A stretch of DNA of 64,000 nt. Origin: Candidatus Dormibacteria bacterium (GTDB taxonomy: Bacteria; Chloroflexota; Dormibacteria; Aeolococcales; Aeolococcaceae). The stretch spans positions 120,927 to 184,926 of the forward strand of contig JBPCLW010000042.1 of the NCBI GenBank assembly GCA_051002895.1, given 5' to 3'. Positions 1 to 9,330 of this stretch are shown piece after piece. Numbering within the stretch: position 1 is the stretch's first letter; each line of letters starts with the position of its first letter. Position numbers and translations under genes: made by a program. The notes under the pieces are model-generated. The model was not told where the DNA came from and ran no database searches. It saw nothing but the letters and a program-made list of their open reading frames with translations.

Positions 1-664
1 AGATCGCCAGTGTCACCGGAGGCGCGTCGGCGGCCAGCCGATCGATGCCGGGGACCACACCACTGGTGGAGACGGTGATGCGGCGAGGGCTGATCCCCGC
101 ATCCTTGGCCAGGTGGCTGACCGAGGCGATCGTCGCGTCAAGATTGGCGAGCGGCTCACCCATGCCCATGTAGACGATGTGCGTGACCGGACCGAGGCCA
201 CGGCGATGGAAAGCCTGAGCGCCCAGCCGTACCTGGTCGACGATTTCTGCCGCCGTGCAGTTGCGCAGCAGGCCCAAGCGACCGGTGGCGCAGAACGGAC
301 AGCCCACCGCGCAACCCACCTGGCTGCTGACGCAGATGGTGGCGCGACGGCGGCGCCGCTGCCGTTCGGGGCTCTCCATTGCCACGGTTTCCACCGTCTG
401 GCCGTCGTTGAGACGGCACAGGAGCTTTACCGTCATCCCCTCGTCGGCCTCACTCTCGGTGGCGATGGCGGCGGTGATGAAGTCGACCTCATCGGCAAGT
501 GCAGCGCGCAGTGAGGCCGGCAGTTGACGGATCTCGTCGATGTTGCGAAGCCAGGGCTGCCAGACGGCGTCGCGGAGTTGGCGCGCCCGCCACTTTGGCG
601 CCCCAGCGGTCGCAAGAATGGCGCTGAGGTGAGACGAGGGGACGGTGCTGAGGGCGACGACCAT
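1..664 (-). CDS. rlmN: 23S rRNA (adenine2503-C2)-methyltransferase RlmN, radical SAM (5' end inside window, 3' end runs off the window start)
   Basis: My own translation of the minus frame that has no listed ORF gives MVVALSTVPSSHLSAILATAGAPKWRARQLRDAVWQ...ICVSSQVGCAVGCPFCATG...VYMGMGEPLAN...TVSTSG. This carries the CxxxCxxC radical-SAM motif and RlmN-typical blocks. The ATG is at 662-664 and the ORF is open to position 1. Confidence 0.85.
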   Translation of the reverse strand, partial: MVVALSTVPSSHLSAILATAGAPKWRARQLRDAVWQPWLRNIDEIRQLPASLRAALADEVDFITAAIATESEADEGMTVKLLCRLNDGQTVETVAMESPERQRRRRRATICVSSQVGCAVGCPFCATGRLGLLRNCTAAEIVDQVRLGAQAFHRRGLGPVTHIVYMGMGEPLANLDATIASVSHLAKDAGISPRRITVSTSGVVPGIDRLAADAPPVTLAI

Positions 665-721
665 CTGTCCATGGTACCGAGGCGGCGGGAGGACGGCGGG
701 TGCCGCTAGGCTCTCGAAGCG

Positions 722-928
722 ATGCGCGGCTTCCTTTCTGGACTGCTCGGTGTCCCTGCCACGATCCTGATTGCGGCGGGACTCGGCATCATGGCCGTCA
801 CCGTTATCAGCCGCGTCATGCCCAAACGCACCGTCATCCGCTGGGCCCACCTCGTCCTCGGCGTTGCCATGCTCGGCATCGGGGTCGCCCTGCTCGGCGT
901 CGACGTCAATCTGCTGGGGACGGGCTGA
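722..928 (+). CDS. small hydrophobic membrane protein (68 aa), hypothetical
   Basis: Listed ORF with two predicted TM helices; divergent from rlmN; no recognisable motif. Confidence 0.35.
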   Translation: MRGFLSGLLGVPATILIAAGLGIMAVTVISRVMPKRTVIRWAHLVLGVAMLGIGVALLGVDVNLLGTG

Positions 929-937
929 GCGGTCCCG

Positions 938-1537
938 TCATCGGGGTCGCGGAGCGATCAGTTCGAGAAATTCGGATCGGCACTTCTCGTCGTTCTGGAA
1001 GGCGCCAGTGAGCGCCGAGGTCACCGCCTGACTGTTCTGCTTTTGGATGCCCCGCATCATCATGCAGAGGTGGCTCGCCTCAATGACCACGGCGACGCCA
1101 TGCGGCTTCAGAACTCTGTGCAGGGCGTTGGCGATCTCAGTTGTCAGCCGCTCTTGCACCTGAAGGCGGCGGGCGAAGACGTCGACGATGCGCGGAATCT
1201 TGCTGAGGCCGACGAGGCGACCACGAGGCAGGTAGGCCACGTGTGCCTTGCCGAAGAATGGGAGCAGGTGGTGCTCGCACAGCGAGTACACCTCGATATC
1301 CTTGACCACGACCATCTCCGAGTAGTCCTCGTGGTAGATGGCATCATTGATGACATCATTGACATCAAGCGAGCTACCGGCGGTGAGGAAGCGGAGGGAG
1401 TCGGCCACTCGGGTAGGGGTGCGTCGCAAACCCTCGCGTGCCGGCGGATCACCAAGCTCAGTGAGCATGAGGGCGACGAGATCGACGAGCGGGTCCTCGT
1501 GTTCTTCGGCGGTGTGGACCTGGGCCATGCTTGCCAC
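938..1537 (-). CDS. folE: GTP cyclohydrolase I
   Basis: CEHHLLPF and HLCMMMRG signature blocks; 199 aa. Confidence 0.9.
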   Translation of the reverse strand: MASMAQVHTAEEHEDPLVDLVALMLTELGDPPAREGLRRTPTRVADSLRFLTAGSSLDVNDVINDAIYHEDYSEMVVVKDIEVYSLCEHHLLPFFGKAHVAYLPRGRLVGLSKIPRIVDVFARRLQVQERLTTEIANALHRVLKPHGVAVVIEASHLCMMMRGIQKQNSQAVTSALTGAFQNDEKCRSEFLELIAPRPR

Positions 1538-1797
1538 TATGCCACCCGGTGGGCCGATGCGAACCTGGAGATCCGCTCCGGAGGGCGCGTCCTAGACTCG
1601 TGAAGGCCCTTGGAACCTCTCCACCAGACCATACGCAACGGCTGGCTCGTGCACGAGGTCAGCCGAACAGAGCCGCGCGCCTGACGGGACTCGACATGCC
1701 GGCCGTCGGCAAATTCGTCCCGCAGCGGGCGTCGGGCGGGCGGCACCCATGGTTAGTCGATGCTCGCGACACGTCGGCACGGTGAGGGCTCGGAGGT

Positions 1798-2178
1798 TCA
1801 GCCCAGCCGCTGAGCGAAATACCAACGATGGCCCTCGGGATCGACGGCTTCGTAGGTCCGTTCGCCATATGACTGATTCGCGGGCTCACGAGGAATCCCA
1901 GCTCCAGCGTCGCGCGCTCGGGCGTGATGGGTGTCGACATCGGCAACGTACACGTGCGTCAGATGAGTGCTGCTACCAACCTCCTGAGGCGTCCGGAAAT
2001 CGCCGGCCGGCGAGCCCAGCATGATCACGCCGCCGTCGAACTCCATTTCGGCGTGGTGAACGCGGCCGGCCTCGTCGGCGAGTCGCATCGTCTCCTGGAA
2101 GCCGAAGGCGGCGGCCAGCCACCCGAGCGCAGCCTCGGCGTCGCGGTAGAGGAGGTATGGGCTGATGGTTGTGCTCAT
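1798..2178 (-). CDS. VOC / glyoxalase-family (PhnB-like) protein
   Basis: Core MSTTISPYLLYRDAEAALGWL...GHRWYF. The listed 191-aa ORF runs across the tRNA-Gly gene, so the start is placed at the internal ATG at 2176-2178, which has AGGA 6 nt upstream. Confidence 0.7.
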   Translation of the reverse strand: MSTTISPYLLYRDAEAALGWLAAAFGFQETMRLADEAGRVHHAEMEFDGGVIMLGSPAGDFRTPQEVGSSTHLTHVYVADVDTHHARARDAGAGIPREPANQSYGERTYEAVDPEGHRWYFAQRLG

Positions 2179-2230
2179 CTGCATCCTATTCTGGCGGCTC
2201 TGGCGGCAGCCTGGTGTGGTCGCAGGGAGA

Positions 2231-2306
2231 TGGAGCGGGAGAAGGGACTCGAACCCTCGACATCCAGCTTGGAAGGCTAGCGCTCTACCAGCTGAGCTAC
2301 TCCCGC
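2231..2306 (-). tRNA. tRNA-Gly (anticodon TCC), CCA encoded
   Basis: Reverse complement gcgggagtagctcagctggtagagcgctagccttccaagctggatgtcgagggttcgagtcccttctcccgctcca folds as a cloverleaf: anticodon loop CTTCCAA and T-loop GGTTCGAGTCC. Confidence 0.85.
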
Positions 2307-2389
2307 TCGCGGTGCCAGGATACCGGGACTTCCCCGGGCCGGGTGGTCCGACGAGGACGATGAGGCCATCCACTCAAGGAGAATTTCCC

Positions 2390-3154
2390 ATGAGCCCCAT
2401 TCTCACCGACACTGTTGCCCTCGTCACCGGCGCATCAAGCGGGATCGGGGATGCCACGGCACGCACGTTGGCCGAGCACGGCGCCCTCGTCGTCCTCGTT
2501 GCTCGCCGCCGCGAACGGCTCGAAGCGCTGGCTAGGGAGATCACGGCGGGCGGTGGTCGCGCCCACGTCTGTGAGGCGGACCTCAGCAACCCGCAACAGG
2601 CTCGTGCCGCTGTCGAAGAGACGGTCAACACCCATGGGCGCCTCGACTTGCTCATCAATAATGCTGGAGTGATGCTCCTCGGCCCCGCCTTGGAAGCACC
2701 ACTCGAGGAGTGGGAGCGGATGGTTCAGATCAACATCCTCGGCGTGCTCCATTGCGCTCACGCTGCTCTCCCCCACCTCGTCCGTGCCGCAGAGACGGCA
2801 CCGCGACGGGTTGCCGACCTCGTCAACGTCAGTTCGGTTGCCGGCCGGGTCGCCCGCAGCGGCAGCGGCGTCTACAACGCCACCAAGTTCGGCGTGGGCG
2901 CCTTCTCGGAGTCGATTCGGCAGGAGTTCTCGGCGCGACACGTTCGTGTCTCGCTCGTCGAGCCCGGAGCGGTGAGCACAGAACTCGCTGGGCACAACCG
3001 GCCAGAGATCCGCGAGGCAATGGAGAAGCGGTTTGGTTCCATCGAACGGCTGGAGTCCAGGGACATCGCGGATGCCATCGGATACATCGTGACCCGGCCA
3101 CGTCATGTCGCCGTCAATGAACTGTTGGTGCGTCCCACCGAGCAGGAGAACTAA
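2390..3154 (+). CDS. SDR-family NAD(P)-dependent oxidoreductase
   Basis: TGASSGIG Rossmann motif, NNAG and YNATK catalytic motifs; AAGGAGAA RBS 8 nt before the ATG at 2390. Confidence 0.9.
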   Translation: MSPILTDTVALVTGASSGIGDATARTLAEHGALVVLVARRRERLEALAREITAGGGRAHVCEADLSNPQQARAAVEETVNTHGRLDLLINNAGVMLLGPALEAPLEEWERMVQINILGVLHCAHAALPHLVRAAETAPRRVADLVNVSSVAGRVARSGSGVYNATKFGVGAFSESIRQEFSARHVRVSLVEPGAVSTELAGHNRPEIREAMEKRFGSIERLESRDIADAIGYIVTRPRHVAVNELLVRPTEQEN

Positions 3155-3165
3155 GCCGCCCGGGG

Positions 3166-3960
3166 CTAACCGAGCGCGCTGAGTGCCTCAGCTATGCCCA
3201 TGGAGATGCAGGTGAACGACGGAACATCTCGCACCGTGTGGGTCGAGGCCTCACTCCCGCGCATCTCCTGCACCAGATCCAGAAAATCGCTCACCGAATC
3301 GCTCTCGAAGGCGACAACGAATTCTTGATCGTCCAACCCGAAGCTATAGGTGGTGTTGATCTTCACGTTCGGATGGCGGTGACCCATGGTGATGTGCTCA
3401 CTCATCTGGCGCTGCCGCTCGTCCTGGCTCAGGCGATACCAGGCGCGCGTCTTCACAAACGGATATACGAAGAGAAACCGGCGACCTGTTGGCGATACCA
3501 CCAGCCGACTGCTGCGTCCCTCCTGCGGACGCCCATCGCTGTGCCGATGCGCTTCCGCATAGGTCGAGCGCTTGGTCATTGCGAAGTAGTGGTACGGCGA
3601 CTCCAGGTAGCCGGCCATCGAGGCGGCATTGAGGCGAGCGGACATTTCGTGGAGGTCATCGAGGTCTTCGCTGACCATCCAGAACATGAGGTCGGCATCA
3701 CCGCGTGTTCCCACCAGGCTGTAGCTGCGAAGAAGCACGCCATCGCGCGCGGCAATGTCGTCGACGATCGCCGCCACCTCCTCACGGTCGGCGGCACGCT
3801 CAGCGGCGGAGCGACGACGCCACTCGGGGAGGACCCGATGGAAGGCGAAGCGGACGAATTGACGGGCAGTCGGCCGCTCAATGCCGGCATCGCGGGCCTG
3901 CAGCGGCGAGGTTTCGGTCACCGAAGCATTCTCGATGATGCCGGTCACCGGCCGCCTCAC
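3166..3960 (-). CDS. chdC: coproheme decarboxylase / chlorite-dismutase-family HemQ
   Basis: VYPFVKTRAWYRL...MGHRHPNVKINTTYSFGLDDQEFVVAFESD is typical of actinobacterial HemQ. Confidence 0.85.
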   Translation of the reverse strand: MRRPVTGIIENASVTETSPLQARDAGIERPTARQFVRFAFHRVLPEWRRRSAAERAADREEVAAIVDDIAARDGVLLRSYSLVGTRGDADLMFWMVSEDLDDLHEMSARLNAASMAGYLESPYHYFAMTKRSTYAEAHRHSDGRPQEGRSSRLVVSPTGRRFLFVYPFVKTRAWYRLSQDERQRQMSEHITMGHRHPNVKINTTYSFGLDDQEFVVAFESDSVSDFLDLVQEMRGSEASTHTVRDVPSFTCISMGIAEALSALG

Positions 3961-4403
3961 CCGGGGCTCGGGCTGGACTGCCGCATTGCCGGTGCCGCGA
4001 CTCCACGGCGGAGTTCGAAGTCGTCGTCGAGTGCCGCCCCCCCCACCTCGGCATCAAAGAGGATGCGCCCGGTGCCATGGACATCGCGGAGATCGACGGG
4101 CCGTGGCTTGGCGATGCGATAGCCCCGCGGAAGGTGGCGGGAAAGATCGTCGAGTACGGCTGAGGCGGTAAAGGGGACCCGCCCCGTCTTGGGCGCCGCC
4201 GAGACGAGGTTCGTGGCACCCTGGCAGAGCTTGCGATGGAGATCCTCGCTGCCTGCGGCGGTGAGGATGGAACAGCGATGGCCCTCCTCACCGATGACGA
4301 TGATCGCGGCGGGACGAACGCCACCGAGGAGCTTGGGAGTACCAACGGCGAACAGCTGGCCGGACTCAGCGCCAAGACTGCTGGCACGAAGAAGACCGCT
4401 CAT
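3957..4403 (-). CDS. hypothetical protein (~149 aa) translationally coupled to chdC
   Basis: ATGA overlap with the chdC start. The listed 188-aa ORF overlaps the upstream thioesterase, so the start is placed at internal MSGLLR. No motif recognised. Confidence 0.4.
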   Translation of the reverse strand: MSGLLRASSLGAESGQLFAVGTPKLLGGVRPAAIIVIGEEGHRCSILTAAGSEDLHRKLCQGATNLVSAAPKTGRVPFTASAVLDDLSRHLPRGYRIAKPRPVDLRDVHGTGRILFDAEVGGAALDDDFELRRGVAAPAMRQSSPSPG

Positions 4404-4461
4404 GGAGAGAGTATCCTCCGACTGAGGGAGACGCGGCTCTGGTCGCTCGCCGTCCGAGTTT

Positions 4462-5010
4462 TCAATCACCGTTAGCATGCGCCTCGCGCGATTCTGGACG
4501 GTGGTGTCGGCCCGCCGCGGCAAGGGCAGCCTTGCGGATCAGCCGGTGTTCGCGTCGCACTCGCGCCTGGGCCTGCCGGCGCCGCTCCTCGTCTGTCTCG
4601 GCGATGACCGAGGGGACCGGCGCGGGCGCTCCCTGGGCGTCGAGACCCACAAACACCAAGTGGGCGCTGGCCACGTAACGGGTCTCGCCGGTCGGCACGG
4701 TTTCGACGTCGACGCGGACGCCCACCTCCATCGAGGTCCGGTGGGCATCGTTGACCATCGCCTGCACGGTCACGAGGTCGCCGATGAACACGGGGGCGAG
4801 GAAGCTCATGTCGTCCATTGACACGGTGACAACGCGGCGGCGAGCATGCTTCATCGCTGCTGTGCCGGCGGCGGTATCGACCATGCGCATGATCGTTCCC
4901 CCATGGACGTAGCCGGCATTATTGGCGTGCTGAATCTCCATCACCTCGCTGATCACGATGCGAGAGGTCGCGGCTGGACGCGGCGAGAGATCGGGTTTGT
5001 CGGGAAAGCG
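4462..5010 (-). CDS. acyl-CoA thioesterase (hotdog fold, YciA-like)
   Basis: HANNAGYVHGGTIMRMVDTAAG block. The start is uncertain: the listed ORF start at 5100 overlaps the upstream M20 gene. Confidence 0.7.
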   Translation of the reverse strand, partial: RFPDKPDLSPRPAATSRIVISEVMEIQHANNAGYVHGGTIMRMVDTAAGTAAMKHARRRVVTVSMDDMSFLAPVFIGDLVTVQAMVNDAHRTSMEVGVRVDVETVPTGETRYVASAHLVFVGLDAQGAPAPVPSVIAETDEERRRQAQARVRREHRLIRKAALAAAGRHHRPESREAHANGD

Positions 5011-5042
5011 CCGCGCCAGGTCGGGCCGAGGAATCGGAGAAC

Positions 5043-6230
5043 TCACCGCAACACGTCGAGAGCGGCGCGAGTGAGCACCTCGGCGCCGATGGGGAGGCAC
5101 CGCTCATCGATGTCGAACTCGGGATGATGGTGGGGCGCCCGCTCGGGACGCGAGGGATCGCCCGCTCCCACCAGGAAATAGCAGCCCGGCACCTGCTCGA
5201 GAAAGTAGGCGACGTCATCGCCGACGGTGATGAGCTGGCCGATATCGACCGCCTCCTCCCCCACCGCCCCCACGGCCGCGCGGCGTACCACCTCGGCAAC
5301 GCCGGCATCACTCACCACGGGCGGGCATCCCGGGCCTCGGGTGAACTCGATCTCCGCGCGATGGGCGTGAGCGATAGCGCGAGCAATCTCCTCGACGCGG
5401 CTGATGAGGCGGTCGCGCTCCTCGGGGAGCGCCGCCCGCACCGTGCCTCGCAACAGCGTCTCCTCAGCGATGACGTTGAACGCCGTGCCGCCCTCGATTC
5501 GGCCGATGGTCACCACCGCCGGCTGGACCGGCGCGGTTTCCCGCGAAACCAGCGTCTGCAGTGCCAGAACAATCTGCGCCGCACACACCACAGGGTCGAT
5601 GCTCGTATGGGGCAGGCCGCCATGGCCGCCGCGACCCCGTACCCGGATGGTCACGTCGTCGGCACTTCCGAAGATCGGGCCAGGGTTGACGACAACTCGG
5701 CCGACGTCGAGCGGAGACCAGAGATGGATGCCAAGGACGCTGTCGACGCCATCGAGGACGCCGTCGCGAATCATCGGCATGGCGCCGCTGGCGGTCTCCT
5801 CGGCAGGTTGAAAGCAGAGCCGCAGCCGTCCCCTCCACTGCTCGCGAAGCTCGGCAAGCACCGATGCAGCGGCGAGGGCCATGGAGACGTGGCCATCGTG
5901 TCCGCAGGCGTGCATCGCTCCGTCGACCTCAGATCGCACCGGCCCTCCGGCCCCGCGCTCAACGATGGGAAGGGCGTCCATGTCAGCGCGGAGCATGAGC
6001 GTCGGGCCCTCGCTGTTCTCCAGGTCGGCGACGACGCCGGTGCCACCGATCTCGGTGCCAACCTTGAATCCCAGGGCGGCGGCGCGCTCAGCGGCGAATG
6101 CAGCGGTGGCCCGCTCTTCGCCGGAGAGCTCGGGGCGGCGATGGAGCTGGCGGCGGATGTCCACGAGTTCCTCGCGACGCCGGTCAACGGCGGAGCGCGG
6201 GATGTCGTCAGGTAGGGTCGCGTCAGTCAT
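5043..6230 (-). CDS. M20-family amidohydrolase (N-acyl-L-amino acid amidohydrolase / hippuricase type)
   Basis: HACGHDGH metal-binding block and M20 dimerisation region; start taken at MTDATL. Confidence 0.85.
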   Translation of the reverse strand: MTDATLPDDIPRSAVDRRREELVDIRRQLHRRPELSGEERATAAFAAERAAALGFKVGTEIGGTGVVADLENSEGPTLMLRADMDALPIVERGAGGPVRSEVDGAMHACGHDGHVSMALAAASVLAELREQWRGRLRLCFQPAEETASGAMPMIRDGVLDGVDSVLGIHLWSPLDVGRVVVNPGPIFGSADDVTIRVRGRGGHGGLPHTSIDPVVCAAQIVLALQTLVSRETAPVQPAVVTIGRIEGGTAFNVIAEETLLRGTVRAALPEERDRLISRVEEIARAIAHAHRAEIEFTRGPGCPPVVSDAGVAEVVRRAAVGAVGEEAVDIGQLITVGDDVAYFLEQVPGCYFLVGAGDPSRPERAPHHHPEFDIDERCLPIGAEVLTRAALDVLR

Positions 6231-6663
6231 CGCCGGGGAGCAGCTCAGCGAGTTCATTGGCCTGGGTCAAGCGGATGGCGGCCTCACCAAGAAAGCGATT
6301 GGCGATGACGCTGCTTGCGCCAGCCTCCATGCCGCGGCGCCGGAGATCGCTGGCGCCGTGGTGACAGAAGCCGACGATGGTGCGCTGGGGATTGGCGGCG
6401 CGGAGGCGCGAGATGGCTCCAAGCCGATCGTCGGCATCCCTGTTGAGATCGACAAACACGACCTGGCTGTCCGGAAGCAGGTCGGCGTCCTTCGCGTTGG
6501 CAATCGCGATGCCGCCTGGCGCCAGTGCGGCCTGCAGATGACTGCCGAAGATCAGGTCGCCGCTCAGCAGGGCGACGACAGCGGACGCGGCAGGATCGGA
6601 CATCTCCGGCAATGGTAGGCCCGGACCGGCAGAGGCCGTCATTAGGGCAAGCCCGGCCGCCAC
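6223..6663 (-). CDS. hypothetical protein with a receiver-like (CheY-like) C-terminal region
   Basis: VVFVDLNRDADDRLGAISRLRAANPQRTIVGFCHHGASDLRRRGMEAGASSVIANRF resembles the beta3-alpha3-beta4-alpha4-beta5 segment of response-regulator receivers, but the N-terminal acidic pair is missing. Start uncertain. Confidence 0.35.
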   Translation of the reverse strand: MAAGLALMTASAGPGLPLPEMSDPAASAVVALLSGDLIFGSHLQAALAPGGIAIANAKDADLLPDSQVVFVDLNRDADDRLGAISRLRAANPQRTIVGFCHHGASDLRRRGMEAGASSVIANRFLGEAAIRLTQANELAELLPGDD

Positions 6664-6722
6664 ACCACCCGTGGCCTCCGCCAGACTTCCCGCAAGACCA
6701 CACTGGACGAGGAGAGCGACGC

Positions 6723-7574
6723 ATGGCAGCGATCAGTACGGTTGGCGTCGTCGGCGCCGGGCTCATGGGCTCGGGCATCGCCGAGGTCTGTGCTCGCAAT
6801 GGCCTCACCACACGGGTCGTCGAGGCGGGGGCCGAGGCACTGGAGAGTGGTCGCACGCGCACGGAGCGGTCGCTCGCCCGCGCTGTCGAACGGGGCAAGC
6901 TCGGCGACGGGGAGAGCCAGACAATCCGACAACGCATGAGCTTCAGTGTCGACCTTGAGGATCTCGGCGATTGTGATATCGTCATCGAAGCCATCATCGA
7001 GCGGCTCGACGACAAGATGGAATTGTTCGGCAAACTCGGCAATATTGTTACGGATACTGCCATCCTTGCCACGAACACCTCAGCGCTGCCGATCGTAGAG
7101 ATCGCCCGGGCAACGCGTCGGCCGGAACGTGTCATCGGCACCCACTTCTTCAATCCCGCACCGGTGATGCAACTGCTCGAGCTGGTGCGCACCATCTCCA
7201 CAAGCGACGAGACCTTCGAGACGGCCAAGGCATTTGGTGAACGTCTCGGCAAGCGCGTCATCGTGGCCCAGGACCGCGGCGGCTTCATCGTTAACCTCCT
7301 ACTCATCCCCTTTCTCACCAGCGCGGTCCGTCTCTATGAGTCGGGATTCGCGAGCCGGGAGGACATCGACGAAGGAATGCACCTCGGCTGTGGTCACCCC
7401 ATGGGGCCACTGCAACTTCTCGATTACATCGGCCTAGATACCGCCCTCTTCGTCTGCAATGCGCTGTACGAGGAATACGCCGTCCGTGACTACGCCGCAC
7501 CGCCCCTGCTCAAGCGGATGGTCGCCGCGGGCTATCTCGGGAAGAAGAGCGGGCGCGGCTTTTACGAGTATTAG
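6723..7574 (+). CDS. hbd: 3-hydroxybutyryl-CoA / 3-hydroxyacyl-CoA dehydrogenase
   Basis: VGVVGAGLMGSGIA Rossmann motif, NTSAL and HFFNPAP blocks; the listed ORF is trimmed to MAAISTV. Confidence 0.9.
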   Translation: MAAISTVGVVGAGLMGSGIAEVCARNGLTTRVVEAGAEALESGRTRTERSLARAVERGKLGDGESQTIRQRMSFSVDLEDLGDCDIVIEAIIERLDDKMELFGKLGNIVTDTAILATNTSALPIVEIARATRRPERVIGTHFFNPAPVMQLLELVRTISTSDETFETAKAFGERLGKRVIVAQDRGGFIVNLLLIPFLTSAVRLYESGFASREDIDEGMHLGCGHPMGPLQLLDYIGLDTALFVCNALYEEYAVRDYAAPPLLKRMVAAGYLGKKSGRGFYEY

Positions 7575-7581
7575 TCGCGGA

Positions 7582-8013
7582 TCAATTGGGCCGGTGGGTC
7601 ACGCTGGAATCGACCGGCTGTTGCTGCTCGGCGACCACCAAAGGCAGGCTCTGCAGAAGCCGATCCCCGCCCCAGAATCCGGCGCTGTATTGACCGGGCT
7701 CACCGAATGTCGGGTTCATGTACGTCACGGTGCTAACCGTAACCTGCTGCTGGCCGTCCGGCAGAGCACCCGCGGCTTGGAACTGCAGGTTCGCCACCGG
7801 AAGGACGAGTTTGCCCAGCGCGTCAACGAATCGGAGTTCGACAGTGTGAGTGGCGTTGACGTCGGCCGCGAGGAATCGGAAACCCGCGACCACGGCAAAG
7901 CTTGCCCGTCCCGGCAACTGGGGAAGGGCGATGGCGCTGAAACCACCACCCAGCACATAGAGCTTGCCGTCGGGGGGAACCGTCGCGCTGTCGGCAAAGA
8001 ACGCAAAGCACAT
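7582..8013 (-). CDS. hypothetical protein
   Basis: Listed ORF with coding-like GC3 bias; no recognisable motif. Start trimmed to MCFAFF to avoid overlapping the divergent ferredoxin start. Confidence 0.4.
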   Translation of the reverse strand: MCFAFFADSATVPPDGKLYVLGGGFSAIALPQLPGRASFAVVAGFRFLAADVNATHTVELRFVDALGKLVLPVANLQFQAAGALPDGQQQVTVSTVTYMNPTFGEPGQYSAGFWGGDRLLQSLPLVVAEQQQPVDSSVTHRPN

Positions 8014-8051
8014 GTCCACTCCGGGAGCATGCCACGCTGGGGGACCATAGG

Positions 8052-8381
8052 GTGGTGACCCCACACAACGTCCACGTCTTCGTCTGCACCACCGCCGGCC
8101 GCCACCACTGCGGCGGGCAAGGCTCGGAGGCGATCCTTCAGCGCCTCCGCGACGCTGTCGAGGAGCGTGGGCTCGGCTGGGTGCGCACCACGAGGATGGG
8201 CTGCAATCAGCAGCATCATCAGGGCCCCATCCTCATCGTCTATCCCGAGGGCGTTTGGTACGGCCGCCTGCGCCCTCAGGATGTGGACGAGATCGTCGAG
8301 GAGCACCTCATCAACGGCCGTCCGGTCGAGCGTCTGCGCATCATCCCCGATGGCCCCTGGGCTACGACGGCTACGACCTGA
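8052..8381 (+). CDS. thioredoxin-like [2Fe-2S] ferredoxin
   Basis: VFVCTTAGRHHCGGQGS...GCNQQHHQGPILIVYPEGVWYG carries the Cys pattern of the thioredoxin-like 2Fe-2S ferredoxin family. Confidence 0.75.
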   Translation: MVTPHNVHVFVCTTAGRHHCGGQGSEAILQRLRDAVEERGLGWVRTTRMGCNQQHHQGPILIVYPEGVWYGRLRPQDVDEIVEEHLINGRPVERLRIIPDGPWATTATT

Positions 8382-8472
8382 GGGATCGCCCGGTCGCAGC
8401 AACCGAGGTCCCGCCTGGTACGGTGAGGGCAACGTCAACATCAAACCTCAACATCATCGGAAGGAGATCGAG

Positions 8473-8772
8473 ATGGGCTACATCCGCGGATTCGTGCATG
8501 GCACGGTCGTCGGCACCGTCGTTGGACTCTGTGTCGCACCCCAGACCGGCGACAAGACCCGTGCCCAGCTCGCCGGCTTCGGACGCGCCGCCCGCGAGGG
8601 TTATGGAGTTGCTGAGAAGACGGTCCGCCAGGTCGCTCCGATGGCGGGTGCTGCGGCCAGCCTCGCCCGCGAGCAACTTGGTCGCGCCCGTCGCTCGGCG
8701 GAGACCGACGATGACGGTGCGGTCATCGAGGGCAACGTACGCATTCACAGCGAAGGCAACGGTCGCCACTAG
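8473..8772 (+). CDS. YtxH / DUF948-like small stress membrane protein
   Basis: GGAAGGAG RBS followed by ATG; one N-terminal TM helix, then a charged helical tail. Confidence 0.6.
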   Translation: MGYIRGFVHGTVVGTVVGLCVAPQTGDKTRAQLAGFGRAAREGYGVAEKTVRQVAPMAGAAASLAREQLGRARRSAETDDDGAVIEGNVRIHSEGNGRH

Positions 8773-8790
8773 TCCTGTCGGGCGGCCCTC

Positions 8791-9219
8791 TTAGCCGCGG
8801 ATGATCGAGGCCGGGAGTTCGTCCTCGACGGTCCCGAGAGCGGCGAGCAGACCCAGGACGCCGACGACGGTGTCAAGGATGTTCATCGCCGTGGGGAAGT
8901 GCAGGCCGGCGATGGCGCGGCCTCCCGCATCGGTGTCGCCAACGACGAAGCCGGCGATGCCGAGGATCAGGAGGAATGCGCCCACTGCCCCCATCGCCCA
9001 TCTGCCGGCGTGCCGGGGGGCCAGGAAGCCGATCCAAATCAGCGCCGCCACGAGAACGACGTCGAGTGCGTCTCGCACGTAGGTCAGGTGAAGCTGGATG
9101 CTCCCGAGGTTGCCATTGGCCTGGCCGTTGACGACGTGCGATGCATCACCGAGAAAGACCCCGCCAACGGCGAGGGCAACGAAGAGAAGCGTGCAGAGCT
9201 GGGCGTAGAAGCGGGCCAT
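8791..9219 (-). CDS. DUF4383-like integral membrane protein
   Basis: Four predicted TM helices, 142 aa. Confidence 0.55.
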   Translation of the reverse strand: MARFYAQLCTLLFVALAVGGVFLGDASHVVNGQANGNLGSIQLHLTYVRDALDVVLVAALIWIGFLAPRHAGRWAMGAVGAFLLILGIAGFVVGDTDAGGRAIAGLHFPTAMNILDTVVGVLGLLAALGTVEDELPASIIRG

Positions 9220-9330
9220 AGTTGGAGAATGTGTGCTCGGACGACGACGGTGCCGGCCGCATCCGCGTGGGTGAGACGGCGAGGCTGGCGATGATAGCCG
9301 GAGGTCGCGCGTCGATGCGCAGTCAGCTCG

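Noticed and set aside
2165-2390. N-terminal 75 aa of listed ORF 2165-3154, plus ORF 2169-2363 and the N-terminal 63 aa of ORF 1798-2373.
   Set aside because: They run through the tRNA-Gly gene (2231-2306). The real proteins start at internal ATGs with RBS (2390 and 2178).
5124-6215. 363-aa plus-strand ORF antisense to the M20 amidohydrolase. Similar long antisense ORFs: 6284-7318, 18882-19745, 21404-22330, 24906-25979, 26975-28666, 38171-39304, 39557-40861, 42767-43564, 48131-49354.
   Set aside because: Shadow ORFs are expected at ~70% GC. Their translations are Arg/Ala/Gly/Pro-rich and carry no motifs. The opposite strand encodes a clearly recognisable protein in each case.
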